This document shows, in pieces, positions 35,661-45,352 of a stretch of DNA of 64,000 bases. The position numbers were made by a program, and so were the translations under genes. Under the pieces are notes generated by a model. It did no database searches. It had not been told where the DNA came from and worked only from the letters and a program-made list of their open reading frames with translations. Source of the DNA: Deinococcales bacterium (lineage in GTDB: Bacteria > Deinococcota > Deinococci > Deinococcales > JAAFIG01); NCBI GenBank assembly GCA_031414595.1, contig JANNVX010000014.1:32001-96000 (forward strand). The letters are read 5' to 3'. Each line of letters begins with the position of its first letter. Position 1 is the stretch's first letter.

Positions 35661-37139
35661 TTAGTAAGAATTATTTTGAGCTAAGTGGCTCACTTGACTA
35701 GCAGTCCAAACGGTGGTTTGCGGAATGAAATTAAAGTTTTGTGCAATTGGCTGGCTCGAGACGGCTACAGCAGGTTTAACACCAAGGCTTTCTAAGGCTT
35801 TCTCGAGTGGTTCGTCTCGTCCTGTGTTGAAGAATTTATATTCAAAGTTTTCGGTCAGTACATCGGGTTTAACTTGAGCAGGTAGGTTCCCTCCTGTTGA
35901 CCACACGGCTTGAATTGTAGGCATTCCAGCCGCTCCACCGTTCGCCAATCCAAAACGGGCGGTGTTGGTGTTGCCAATACCGACAGTCGGTGAACCGAAC
36001 ACTTGGGCGCGTTTGGCTTTCTGGATATAAGAAGCAAAGTATTCACAACCAGAAGCACAACCGCCATCCACCAGGACGGCTAGGGGTCCTTTATAGACAA
36101 CAGGGTTAATAATACTAAGACTAATAAGTTCGACTTTTTGTAAGTTGCGTGCAAAAACTCTTCCAGCGTTGTAACCCCATTCAATCGTGTTTCGGGCTGG
36201 ATTATAACGAGGAGTCCACTGCATTAAGTCTGGTGTTTCGATAAAAGCACCAACCGAAGCAATCGTCTCGAGGACACTGCCACCGCCATTGCTGCGTTCG
36301 TTGTAAATGATGCCTTTTGCGCCTCTAGCAACAGCTTCACGCACAAGTTCATGAAGTTTTTGGGCAACCCCATTGATTTGAAAATCTTTCATGGTAATCA
36401 TCGCAATACCATCTGGGCGAATCTCGAGTCCAGGTTGTTCGGATGTGTTGATCAGTTCGCCTTTGATTGGAAGTTCAATCCGAGTGCGATTGAGACCGCG
36501 CAGTAAAATCATTTTAATCGTTTCGCCAGCCCGTACTTTGGTTGTGAAATCGGCATATGACTTGTTGATATTTTCGAGGTTGCCATCAAAACTAGCAAAC
36601 ACCACGTCGTTATAACCAATCCAACGGTCACCATATTTAATACCTGCCTTATCAGCAGGGGCATCTTTGACAACACTGGAAACAAACCGATCACCAATGA
36701 ATTTACTGGTTAGGTTTCCTTTGTCATCTGTGCTGCATTCACCGGTTGGCGTTTCACAAAAGTTGCGTAAACCAATACCAATTCGAGGTGTTGGACTGGT
36801 GGCTGCTCCGCCTCGGTTGGCATTTTCTTGGGCAACGTTAGCGGCGGTTAGATAGTAGGTATGGTCATCTTTGAAATCATCGAACAATTGCACCAGCAAA
36901 GGTTCAACTTTGTCATAGCCACATTTTTCTTTAAGCTCGCTACAGGCTTCGTCTACTTTAGCTTGGTACTTGGCAATGATTTCTTGGACATTGATGGTAC
37001 TCGGACCAAAATACTGGGTCTCGAGGAAAAAAGCCGCTTGGTCAAATAAATCTTGGGCGGGGCTTCCAATGTATTTCTGGGCGCTGGCAACCGAGCCAAG
37101 CGCGGCAGCAATGGCAATGATTCGTACAAGGTTTTTCAT
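35661..37139 (-). CDS. S41 family peptidase with PDZ domain
   Basis: Signal peptide; [14 protein letters not shown]. Confidence 0.88.
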   Translation of the reverse strand: MKNLVRIIAIAAALGSVASAQKYIGSPAQDLFDQAAFFLETQYFGPSTINVQEIIAKYQAKVDEACSELKEKCGYDKVEPLLVQLFDDFKDDHTYYLTAANVAQENANRGGAATSPTPRIGIGLRNFCETPTGECSTDDKGNLTSKFIGDRFVSSVVKDAPADKAGIKYGDRWIGYNDVVFASFDGNLENINKSYADFTTKVRAGETIKMILLRGLNRTRIELPIKGELINTSEQPGLEIRPDGIAMITMKDFQINGVAQKLHELVREAVARGAKGIIYNERSNGGGSVLETIASVGAFIETPDLMQWTPRYNPARNTIEWGYNAGRVFARNLQKVELISLSIINPVVYKGPLAVLVDGGCASGCEYFASYIQKAKRAQVFGSPTVGIGNTNTARFGLANGGAAGMPTIQAVWSTGGNLPAQVKPDVLTENFEYKFFNTGRDEPLEKALESLGVKPAVAVSSQPIAQNFNFIPQTTVWTASQVSHLAQNNSY

Positions 37140-37163
37140 GTGTCCTCTTTTGGAGAATGGGTT

Positions 37164-38666
37164 TTAGTTGCTGCTTTGTAGCTCAAACGCCTTCCTTGGG
37201 GTGTACGATTGTTCAAGTACAGCTGTAATAGCATCATAACCAAAGGTTGGAATCGGCGCAAAAGGCACTTTAATTTCGGTGCTGCTGCTTGGGGCTTGTA
37301 GGGTTTTTACCCCAACACTCTCGAGGGCTTTATTCAAACCAGCATCTACACCAGTTTTGAAAACATCAAAAGTAGTGACTTTGAAATCAGGGGTGATAGC
37401 CGAAGGGAGTGGTGTTCCATCTGCCCAAAATGCCCGAAGGGTTGGCATATTGGCTGCCCCACCATTGGCTAAGGAAAAGCCTTGGGTGTTGGTGTTACCA
37501 ATACCAACGGTTTCTTCGCCAATCACTAGACCGCGTTTGGCGCGTTGAAAACTGCTCGAGATGTATTCGCAAGCACTGGCGCAACCACTGTCCACCAGCA
37601 CCGCAAATGCGCCTTCAAAAAGTACGGGATTTGTTACGGCACGGGTGGCATTGATTTCTGGGCGTGAGACATAACGCTGGTAGAAACCACCATTTTCAAA
37701 ACCTTCTTCGACGGTATTCTTATCGGCATTGTAGCGGGGGGTACGGCGCATTGCGGCAGGGGATTTGACAAATGCGCCTGTGGTAAACCAACGCTCCAAG
37801 GCAGAACCACCACCGTTGCCACGTTGATTAAAGATAACCGCTTTTAAGCCTTTGCTGTTTGCATCGCGGATGAGGTCGTGAATGCGTTGTCCAATTCCAG
37901 CAATCAAGTAATCTGGCACACGCAAAATACCAACCCCATCAGAGCGCAACTCGAGTTGTGGCACTTCGGAGGTATTAATGATTTCGCCTTTGACTTGAAC
38001 ATCCAGTTTTTGCTTTTCGCCACCACGCAAAATTTGCATGGTCAGGACTTCGCCAGCCCGAACCTTGGTGGTAAATTCAGCTTGAAATTGATTCAGTCTT
38101 GCCACATCGCCATTAAAGCTCGAGTAGAGTATGCCGCCATACCCAATCCAGCGATCACCGTATTTAAGACCTGCTTTGTCGGCTGGGGCATTTTTGACCA
38201 CGCCAGTAATTAAACGGTCTCCGTTGAGTTTGCTGGTCAGGTTGCCGGCTGCATCAAAAGTGCAAGCACCTGTTGGCGTTTCGCAGTAGCTCAGGCTGGT
38301 AAAGCCAATCCGTGGGACTGGGCTGGTGGCTGTCCCAGCCCGATTAGCATTTTGTTGGGCAACTGCCGCCGCACTTAAATAATAGGCATGTGGGTCTTGA
38401 ATTTCATCGAACATCACATCTAAAAGCGGTTCAATAGTGGTTGAAGCACACAACACACCTGTAGCAGCACATGCTTCGTCTACTTTGGCTTGGTACTTGG
38501 CAATGTGGTCTGCCATAACAATCGTACTTGGACCAAAATACTGAGTTTCTAAAAAGAAACTGGCTTGGTCATATAAATCTTGGGCTGGACTGCCAATATA
38601 TTTTTGCGCTCCTGCGGCACTCGAGCAGACCAAAGCAGCAGTTAAGCTCAGTACAAACTTTTTCAT
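37164..38666 (-). CDS. S41 family peptidase with PDZ domain
   Basis: Signal peptide; DPHA, RGNGGG, CASACE. Confidence 0.88.
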   Translation of the reverse strand: MKKFVLSLTAALVCSSAAGAQKYIGSPAQDLYDQASFFLETQYFGPSTIVMADHIAKYQAKVDEACAATGVLCASTTIEPLLDVMFDEIQDPHAYYLSAAAVAQQNANRAGTATSPVPRIGFTSLSYCETPTGACTFDAAGNLTSKLNGDRLITGVVKNAPADKAGLKYGDRWIGYGGILYSSFNGDVARLNQFQAEFTTKVRAGEVLTMQILRGGEKQKLDVQVKGEIINTSEVPQLELRSDGVGILRVPDYLIAGIGQRIHDLIRDANSKGLKAVIFNQRGNGGGSALERWFTTGAFVKSPAAMRRTPRYNADKNTVEEGFENGGFYQRYVSRPEINATRAVTNPVLFEGAFAVLVDSGCASACEYISSSFQRAKRGLVIGEETVGIGNTNTQGFSLANGGAANMPTLRAFWADGTPLPSAITPDFKVTTFDVFKTGVDAGLNKALESVGVKTLQAPSSSTEIKVPFAPIPTFGYDAITAVLEQSYTPRKAFELQSSN

Positions 38667-40003
38667 ATTCCTCCTAAATCCCCGAAGGCTCGAGGCAGCT
38701 TGGGTTTGGAAACTAAAGTGCTAGGTTTAACATTTAAGGCTTCTAAGGCTTTCTCGAGCATGGCATCACGCCCGCCCGCTAAATTCTCGAGGTCCTCGTT
38801 AAATCGGGTGTCTGGTGTCACCCGTTCACTGGCGTATGTTCCATCTGGGCGGATTCCCTTGCCGATGGTTAAACCAATAAAACTTCCGTTGGCAAGGTCA
38901 AATAAGCGTGTGGCGGTGTTCAGTACGCCGTAGGTTTCTTCGCCAACCACCACGCCGCGTTTGGCATACTGCATTTGCGCCGCAAAAACCTCGGCGCATG
39001 AGGCACTGTCGCTATTGACCAGCACGGCAACCTTGCCTTTGAATTGGGCTGGATTGGCAATGTTATAGGCTTCGGTTTGGCTTTTACCGTTGCTGACACT
39101 GGTTAAACCGTTTTTATAGCTGTAAATGGTTCTCGAGTAGCGTGTCTCGAGGATGTTACTGAGTTCTGGTAGGAACGCACCGGGCGCACTGGTGCATTCG
39201 GTCGCCACACCACCGGGGTTATCGCGTAAGTCCACCACAATGCTGTTTGCCCCTTGGCTTTCGACGGTTTTGACCAGTTCATGGAACTTTGTGCCAACCT
39301 CTTTGAATGGGGTGAATTCATGAATCCGAATCACGGCGGTGGTGCTTGGTAAGCCGTTTGGTTTTTTGATTTCGGGTAGCCATGCCGTGCCGACCAAAAT
39401 TGGGGTAACACTAATCTCGAGATTAGTGTTACCGTCACGCAGGATACTAAGCTGCATGGCTTTTCCTTCAGCTTCTAGCCCTAAGAACAGCGCTTCGTTT
39501 TGACTGGGCGAACTTGGTAAACGCTGACCATTTAAGCGCACGATTCTATCGCCGCGTTTTAAGCCCGCTTTGCCAGCCGGTCCGTCTTCGCGCACATCGG
39601 TGACAACACGGTCTGAAACTCGAGGCAATTGAGTGGTGGCAATTTCAAGACTAGGGCTACCAATCCCGCCCCCGCCGATTTGCCCCGCGAACTGTGTGGC
39701 GATTTCTGATGGCACAAAGTAACTGTGTGGGTCGTTTAATTCCCGAATCATTAAAGCAATTGGGCGTTCGGCATTACTAAACGGGCAATCGGTGGCTCGA
39801 GAAGTGCAATTGCTGTCTACTTGGGCTTGGTACTTGGCAACTAAGGTGCTTAGATTAACTTTACTAAAGCCATTGTAATTAAATTCAACAAAGAAACTGG
39901 CTTGGTCAAATAAATCTTGGGCGGGTGTGCCAATGTAACGTTGGGCGCTGGCAGCACTCGGGAATGCCAAGGCAGCAGCAATCACAAGTGCAAGGTGTTT
40001 CAT
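38663..40003 (-). CDS. S41 family peptidase with PDZ domain
   Basis: DPHS, DLRDNPGG, SASCAE. Confidence 0.9.
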   Translation of the reverse strand: MKHLALVIAAALAFPSAASAQRYIGTPAQDLFDQASFFVEFNYNGFSKVNLSTLVAKYQAQVDSNCTSRATDCPFSNAERPIALMIRELNDPHSYFVPSEIATQFAGQIGGGGIGSPSLEIATTQLPRVSDRVVTDVREDGPAGKAGLKRGDRIVRLNGQRLPSSPSQNEALFLGLEAEGKAMQLSILRDGNTNLEISVTPILVGTAWLPEIKKPNGLPSTTAVIRIHEFTPFKEVGTKFHELVKTVESQGANSIVVDLRDNPGGVATECTSAPGAFLPELSNILETRYSRTIYSYKNGLTSVSNGKSQTEAYNIANPAQFKGKVAVLVNSDSASCAEVFAAQMQYAKRGVVVGEETYGVLNTATRLFDLANGSFIGLTIGKGIRPDGTYASERVTPDTRFNEDLENLAGGRDAMLEKALEALNVKPSTLVSKPKLPRAFGDLGGI

Positions 40004-41256
40004 TTTGCCCCGAGAAGCTCGAGGGCTTTCTCAAGTTGGGCATCGCGTCCAGCCGCCAGTGCTGCTAAGTCTTCTGGGACAACCACATTTGGGGTGACTG
40101 CCATTGGGAATGGGCTTTTATCCAAGTTCAGCATTCGGTACTGGGAAATTTGGATAATATCATCGTTAATCAGTTGGGCTAATCCACCGCCACTAACACC
40201 GTTTTGTCCACTGGTGGTGACACCGACCACTTGAGCGCGTCCGACCCGTTGCAAGAAATACGCCAGCATTTCCGAAGAATTTTCGGTGATTTGATTAACC
40301 AAGACCACAACTTTACCTGTGTACTGAACTGGGCTGGTGGCTTGGACAACATCTTGGGCTTGTCCGCCTTCGGGTTGACCACGAATCAATGCGCCGTTTT
40401 TCTCGAGGAAGTAAGTCAAGTCTTGACCGGCAAAACGTTGGTCATAAGTAAAGCCACCTTCTTTGATAAATGCTCCAGCCGCCAATAATGCTTCTGAATC
40501 AAAGCCACTGAATGAATCACGCAAATCTATAATCACGCCAGCCGCATTATCACGAATGGCTCGAGCCACATTGGAGTGTACCCGTGTGCCGATGCTGCCA
40601 TACAAGTGCGGAATCCGAATCATCAGGGCTTTACCAACCGCGCTGCGGTACGGGGCGCGTGGGTCTTCGACCAAAATAGGGGTTACACTAGCAGTTTTAT
40701 TTGTGCCAGCCACACTGTACTCGAGCGCAATGGCTTTAGCACTGGCTTCGGCAGTTTTCAGGGCTGCCAAGGTTGCGGGTGCGCCGTTGATGGTTTTAAT
40801 CAAGTTGCCTCGGCTGAGGTCAGCATTAAAAGCCGGTTCGCCGGGGAATGCCTCGAGAACCACAAGCCCTTGCCCAGCCAATTCACGGGCTTGAATGCCA
40901 ATCGTTGGGGTGCTGGGTCCTTTTCCATCCACATAACGGTCAGAGGTGTCTGAATCCTCAGGGCTGACCAAACGGGTAAATGGGTCATTGAGGTTTTTCA
41001 TGTATCCGACAATCACTTCTCTGCCTTTATCATAGCCACAAGTGGCTACCCCAGCACAGAGTTTTTGGACATCTGCCAGCATGTTTTTTTGCAGTTCACG
41101 CCAGTATGGAACTTTACTTGGACCATTGTAATAAAAACCAATGTAAAACGAGGCTTGTTTGACCAAATCCTCGGCAGGCGTGGTTTTGGCTTGGGCATTG
41201 GCAATGCCTAAACTACTAGCGGCAATAGCGAGGGCGATAAGTAATGGTTTTTTCAT
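40000..41256 (-). CDS. S41 family peptidase homolog, probably catalytically inactive
   Basis: Same architecture but DPFT, DLRDSFSG and TENSSE. Confidence 0.8.
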   Translation of the reverse strand: MKKPLLIALAIAASSLGIANAQAKTTPAEDLVKQASFYIGFYYNGPSKVPYWRELQKNMLADVQKLCAGVATCGYDKGREVIVGYMKNLNDPFTRLVSPEDSDTSDRYVDGKGPSTPTIGIQARELAGQGLVVLEAFPGEPAFNADLSRGNLIKTINGAPATLAALKTAEASAKAIALEYSVAGTNKTASVTPILVEDPRAPYRSAVGKALMIRIPHLYGSIGTRVHSNVARAIRDNAAGVIIDLRDSFSGFDSEALLAAGAFIKEGGFTYDQRFAGQDLTYFLEKNGALIRGQPEGGQAQDVVQATSPVQYTGKVVVLVNQITENSSEMLAYFLQRVGRAQVVGVTTSGQNGVSGGGLAQLINDDIIQISQYRMLNLDKSPFPMAVTPNVVVPEDLAALAAGRDAQLEKALELLGAK

Positions 41257-41404
41257 GGGCGCTCCTTTTTGGGGTGGGTGTAAACATCTTAGAATACTGC
41301 TTTTGATGTGTTCTCGAGTAGTTCGTAGCTTTCAGTTTTTCTTTAGGTTATTGCCACAAAATTGCCATATTGACTCTTGGTATAAAAATAATTATACTTG
41401 AACT

Positions 41405-41641
41405 ATGAAAACAGCCATCTCCCTACCTGATGAGTTATTCTTACGCGCCGAAGCCTTTGCTAGTCAAAAAACCATGAATCGCAGCGAACTCTATGCCAAA
41501 GCCCTGACCGATTATCTCGAGCAGCACGACCATAGCAGCATCACGGCACAACTAAACGATGTTTACAATGACATAGATAGTTCATTATCACCAAAAATTG
41601 CCGAACTTGGCTTTGAAACATTACGCCGAGTCAACAAGTGA
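41405..41641 (+). CDS. RHH antitoxin (MazE/ChpI-like)
   Basis: MKTAISLPDELF..AE......NRSELY..AL..YL. Confidence 0.85.
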   Translation: MKTAISLPDELFLRAEAFASQKTMNRSELYAKALTDYLEQHDHSSITAQLNDVYNDIDSSLSPKIAELGFETLRRVNK

Positions 41642-41988
41642 ATCGTGGCGAAATTTGGGAAATCGAATTCCCACTGGTTGCTCGAGAAAACTCAGAACCA
41701 TACGGTCATGGTCTAGCCGTGATTGTCTCGAGCGATGCTTTTAATCAAAGTGCTATTCGTACCGTCATGGTCTCGGTACTGACCTCGAATATCAAACTCG
41801 CTCGAGCGCCCGGCAATGTCCTGCTGCTAAAAGAAGATATTCCAGAATTACTTATGGATTCAGTCATCAATATCTCGCAGGTTTTGGTTGTGGATAAAAG
41901 TCGTTTACGCAAGTTTCGGGCTGTCTTGGATTTTTTTAGTCTCGAGCTACTTAATTTGGGATTAAAACGTGTCTTTGATTTAAGTTGA
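41638..41988 (+). CDS. PemK/MazF family toxin
   Basis: RGEIW, VIVSSDAFN, TSN.....PGNV, SVINISQ...VDK.RL. Confidence 0.9.
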   Translation: MNRGEIWEIEFPLVARENSEPYGHGLAVIVSSDAFNQSAIRTVMVSVLTSNIKLARAPGNVLLLKEDIPELLMDSVINISQVLVVDKSRLRKFRAVLDFFSLELLNLGLKRVFDLS

Positions 41989-42144
41989 GGATTTGTCCGT
42001 AAATAAAATCCGTGAATTGCAAGGCGATGACAAGCATCGCCCCTACGAAAAAAAATTGTCCTGTAGGGGCGAACCTTGTGTTCGCCCTGTAAGAAAATAC
42101 GTTTTTTCGTTCTGAAATCGGGAAGTTATTTCTGGACAAATCCT
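41988..42144. mobile_element. MITE-like element (157 bp) containing a divergent pair of GTAG-type REP hairpins
   Basis: TIRs AGGATTTGTCCGTAAATAA / AGGATTTGTCCAGAAATAA (17/19); GTAGGGGCG hairpins at 42046-42021 (-) and 42063-42088 (+). Confidence 0.75.
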
Positions 42145-42184
42145 TAAGGCAATTGTTCTGACCAAATTCAAGTAATCTCGAGTC

Positions 42185-42997
42185 ATGAAACTTGGTTACT
42201 CATTCTGCCCAAATGACACTTTTATTTTCTATGCACTAACCCACAATAAAATTAGTCTCGAGCAACCCATAGAAGAAATGCTCGAGGATGTCGAAACCCT
42301 GAACCTTTGGGCGCAAACAGCACGACTCGAGCTAACCAAAATTTCCTACCATGCCTACGCCCATGTGATGGACAATTATGTGGCATTGCGCTCAGGTGGG
42401 GCGCTGGGGCGTGGGGTGGGACCGCTTTTGGTCGCAAAAACTAAGTTGGAGGATTTACGCGGCAAGACTGTGGCAAGTCCGGGCAAATTTACCACTGCAC
42501 AATTATTACTACAAATTGCCCATCCAGAAGTCAAAACCGTTTTTATGCGTTACGACCAGATTATGCCAGCCGTGGAGCGCGGCAAGGTAGATGCGGGGCT
42601 AATTATTCATGAATCAAGATTTACTTACGCTCAACACGGACTGGTGAAATTGCTAGACCTTGGGCAGTGGTGGGAAGCCGACACAGGTTTACCACTGCCA
42701 CTTGGAGCGATTCTGGCACGGCGCGATTTACCCGCTCAGACTTTGCAAAAACTAAACACTGCTGTGCGCTCGAGTCTCGAGTACGCCTATGCCAATCCGA
42801 CTGAGCCAAAAGCCTATATTCGTCAACATGCGCTCGAGATGGAAGACAGCGTGATGCAAGCCCATATAGATTTATACGTCAATGAATTTAGCTTAGATGT
42901 CGGTGAGACTGGACAGAAAGCCGTGGAAACGCTGTTTGCTCGAGCCGCCGCGTTGGGCTTTATTAAAAAGCCTCAGTTGCCGCTTTTTGTGGATTAA
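42185..42997 (+). CDS. mqnD: 1,4-dihydroxy-6-naphthoate synthase (futalosine menaquinone pathway)
   Basis: S.CPNDTFIFYAL, GGALGRGVGPL, GLIIHESRFTY, HIDLYVNEFS. Confidence 0.93.
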   Translation: MKLGYSFCPNDTFIFYALTHNKISLEQPIEEMLEDVETLNLWAQTARLELTKISYHAYAHVMDNYVALRSGGALGRGVGPLLVAKTKLEDLRGKTVASPGKFTTAQLLLQIAHPEVKTVFMRYDQIMPAVERGKVDAGLIIHESRFTYAQHGLVKLLDLGQWWEADTGLPLPLGAILARRDLPAQTLQKLNTAVRSSLEYAYANPTEPKAYIRQHALEMEDSVMQAHIDLYVNEFSLDVGETGQKAVETLFARAAALGFIKKPQLPLFVD

Positions 42998-42998
42998 A

Positions 42999-43026
42999 AA
43001 AGCGCAACCCAAAAGGGCTGCGCTTT
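42999..43026. terminator. Bidirectional terminator
   Basis: AAAGCGCAACCC-AAAA-GGGCTGCGCTTT between convergent genes. Confidence 0.75.
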
Positions 43027-43039
43027 CTCGAGAGTGGCT

Positions 43040-44791
43040 TTACTTATTAAAAATAATCTGATTGGTCACATACGAAGGAATCGGACCCAAATTATAGACA
43101 AAGTTACCAATTTTGTTGCTGACCGCCGCGATATTGGCTGGTTTAGCAATCATGATTACGGGGAGGTACTTGGCGTTTAGAAGTTGCCATTCGTCGTAGA
43201 GTGCGCCGCGTCTGCCTTGGTCAGTGATTTTGCTGGCTTCTTCAAAAATGTCAAATAAGCGCTTTTCCCAGCTTTTCATGTTGGCTTTACTGATTGGTTG
43301 TCCAGGCTTTGGACGTAGGCTCGAGTGCCAGTAGTACAAATCGCCGCCGGGTTGCCAAATAGCTTTGCGGAGTTGTGGGTCTGGTTGGTTGCCAAAGCCA
43401 TAGACAGCCGCTTCAAAATCTCCAGCGTTAGCTTTAGAAAAAGTGGCAGAAGTGGTCAGGATTTGCAAATTGGCTTTAATGCCTATTAACTTTAAGTCGG
43501 CTTGAATGACTGGAGCAATTAAGTGTCCGGGGAAAAATGGATTGTCGTTTGGGGCAATTAAACTAAACTCCATTTCTTTGCCACCCGCAAAGTTGCGAAT
43601 TCCATCACCATTGGTGTCTTTTAGACCAAGCGCATCGAGGGCTGCATTGGCGGCGCGAAGGTCGTAATTTCCAAGGTAACTGCGGGTATCAAAATACCAA
43701 CTCGAGACTGGAGCAACAGGTGTACCAGGCAATTCGGCAAGTCCATTAAAAATATCATCAATGATGCGTTTGCGGTTGACGGCTGGCTGGACTGCCTGAC
43801 GGAATTTATCGTTGCTGAATAAGCGAGCCAAGTCTGAGTCTTTGGCATCAAAATTAAAAGCCAAGTGCGGCGGGCTTCCAAAAAGGGCAGATGCGCGAAT
43901 CACTTTGAAATTTGCCCCAGCGACTTCGGCGGCTTTGAGTTCTGGGAACAATGCACCTGTGATGTTTAGGGCATCTATGCCACCCGATTTCATTTGGGCA
44001 ATTTGGGCATTGCTGTCTTTGATAATCAGGTACTCGAGACGGTCAATATAGGGTAACTTGTTGCCAAAAGCATCCGATTTCCAGTAATTGCTGTTCTTGC
44101 CAAGCACCAATTTTTGATCGGCAGTATAACTGGTGAACTTAAATGGTCCTGTACCAACAATATCGGCTAGGTTGGTGTTTGTTCCCCAAGCAGTGTTGAT
44201 GTCGGCGGGAGCAGCCCCACCTTCGATACTGAATTTTAGTAATTTGTGCTTTGGCATGATAAAAGTACGCAGTTGTTGCAAAATCGCGCCAGATGGTGAA
44301 GGCATGGTCATTCGCATCGTGAATTCGTCTACTTTTTCAAATTTTGTACCTGCCGGGAAACCTGCTGCGCTATTACCTCGAGCTTGTGGGTTCAAAATCA
44401 TGTTGTTAAACGTAAAGACCACATCGTCGGCATTAAAATCCTGACCATCGTGCCATTTGACCCCACGGCGTAACCTAAAGGTGTAAACTTTGCCGTCCTC
44501 GGAGGTTGACCAAGATTGTGCCAAGCTCGGTTCCATTTTATAGGTATCGAGGTTGTACTCGACCAAGCCCTCAAAGACATTGCCAAGAGCGGTGTAGGCA
44601 TTATTATCGGTAATTCCGTAATAATTAAAGCTGCCCGGGGCAGCAGGGAGCATCAGGGTGTAACTGCCTCCGTATTTGCCTTCGACCACACCAAGTTTAG
44701 GCATGGCGGTCATTTGAGGAGCGCCTTTGGGGTCTGCTGCAAATGCCGTTGTGGACAACAACACCGACAGCGCGATTAAACGTCGTTTCAT
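43040..44791 (-). CDS. ABC transporter substrate-binding protein, family 5
   Basis: PSLAQSW..SEDG..YTF.LR.GVKWHDG..F.ADDV.FT; GTGPF; ATG after GGAGG. Confidence 0.92.
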   Translation of the reverse strand: MKRRLIALSVLLSTTAFAADPKGAPQMTAMPKLGVVEGKYGGSYTLMLPAAPGSFNYYGITDNNAYTALGNVFEGLVEYNLDTYKMEPSLAQSWSTSEDGKVYTFRLRRGVKWHDGQDFNADDVVFTFNNMILNPQARGNSAAGFPAGTKFEKVDEFTMRMTMPSPSGAILQQLRTFIMPKHKLLKFSIEGGAAPADINTAWGTNTNLADIVGTGPFKFTSYTADQKLVLGKNSNYWKSDAFGNKLPYIDRLEYLIIKDSNAQIAQMKSGGIDALNITGALFPELKAAEVAGANFKVIRASALFGSPPHLAFNFDAKDSDLARLFSNDKFRQAVQPAVNRKRIIDDIFNGLAELPGTPVAPVSSWYFDTRSYLGNYDLRAANAALDALGLKDTNGDGIRNFAGGKEMEFSLIAPNDNPFFPGHLIAPVIQADLKLIGIKANLQILTTSATFSKANAGDFEAAVYGFGNQPDPQLRKAIWQPGGDLYYWHSSLRPKPGQPISKANMKSWEKRLFDIFEEASKITDQGRRGALYDEWQLLNAKYLPVIMIAKPANIAAVSNKIGNFVYNLGPIPSYVTNQIIFNK

Positions 44792-44898
44792 AAGTCCTCC
44801 TTGAATTGTCAAGCGAAGGTCAGTTTACCATGAAAACGTTTACGGAGTTCAAGCAAAAAAAATCTCGAGCCAAAAGACTCGAGTTTCTTTCAGAAAAC

Positions 44899-45267
44899 TT
44901 ATTTTTTCAGCAAGTCACGAATTTCGGTCAGTAAGGCTTGGTCGGCTGTCGGACCAGCCGCCACTTCTGGTTTTTTCATTCTGTTCATTGGCACAACGAT
45001 AAAGAAGTAGACTGCTGCTGCCACCATCATAAAGTTGATGATTGAATTGATGAACTTGCCAATTAAAATACCGCCCTTGCCATCTGCCCCAGCACCAATC
45101 ACAATACTCGAGAAATCTGGAGCGCCAAAAAGCATTCCCAAAAGCGGTGTAAAGACATCTGCCACCAAAGAAGCCGTGACTGCCCCAAATGCCCCTGCGA
45201 TAATCACACCAACCGCTAAGTCAACCACGTTACCGCGCATCAAAAAATTCTTAAAACCTTCTAACAT
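44899..45267 (-). CDS. mscL: Large-conductance mechanosensitive channel
   Basis: FKNFLMRGNVVDLAVGVII; LLTEIRDLLK. Confidence 0.97.
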   Translation of the reverse strand: MLEGFKNFLMRGNVVDLAVGVIIAGAFGAVTASLVADVFTPLLGMLFGAPDFSSIVIGAGADGKGGILIGKFINSIINFMMVAAAVYFFIVVPMNRMKKPEVAAGPTADQALLTEIRDLLKK

Positions 45268-45352
45268 ACTGTACTCCCCTTTCGAGCCTAAACTCGAATT
45301 CAAATTGTAGGAGATAAACCCCTAAAAAAACAACTGAACTAAAAGTTAGGTT

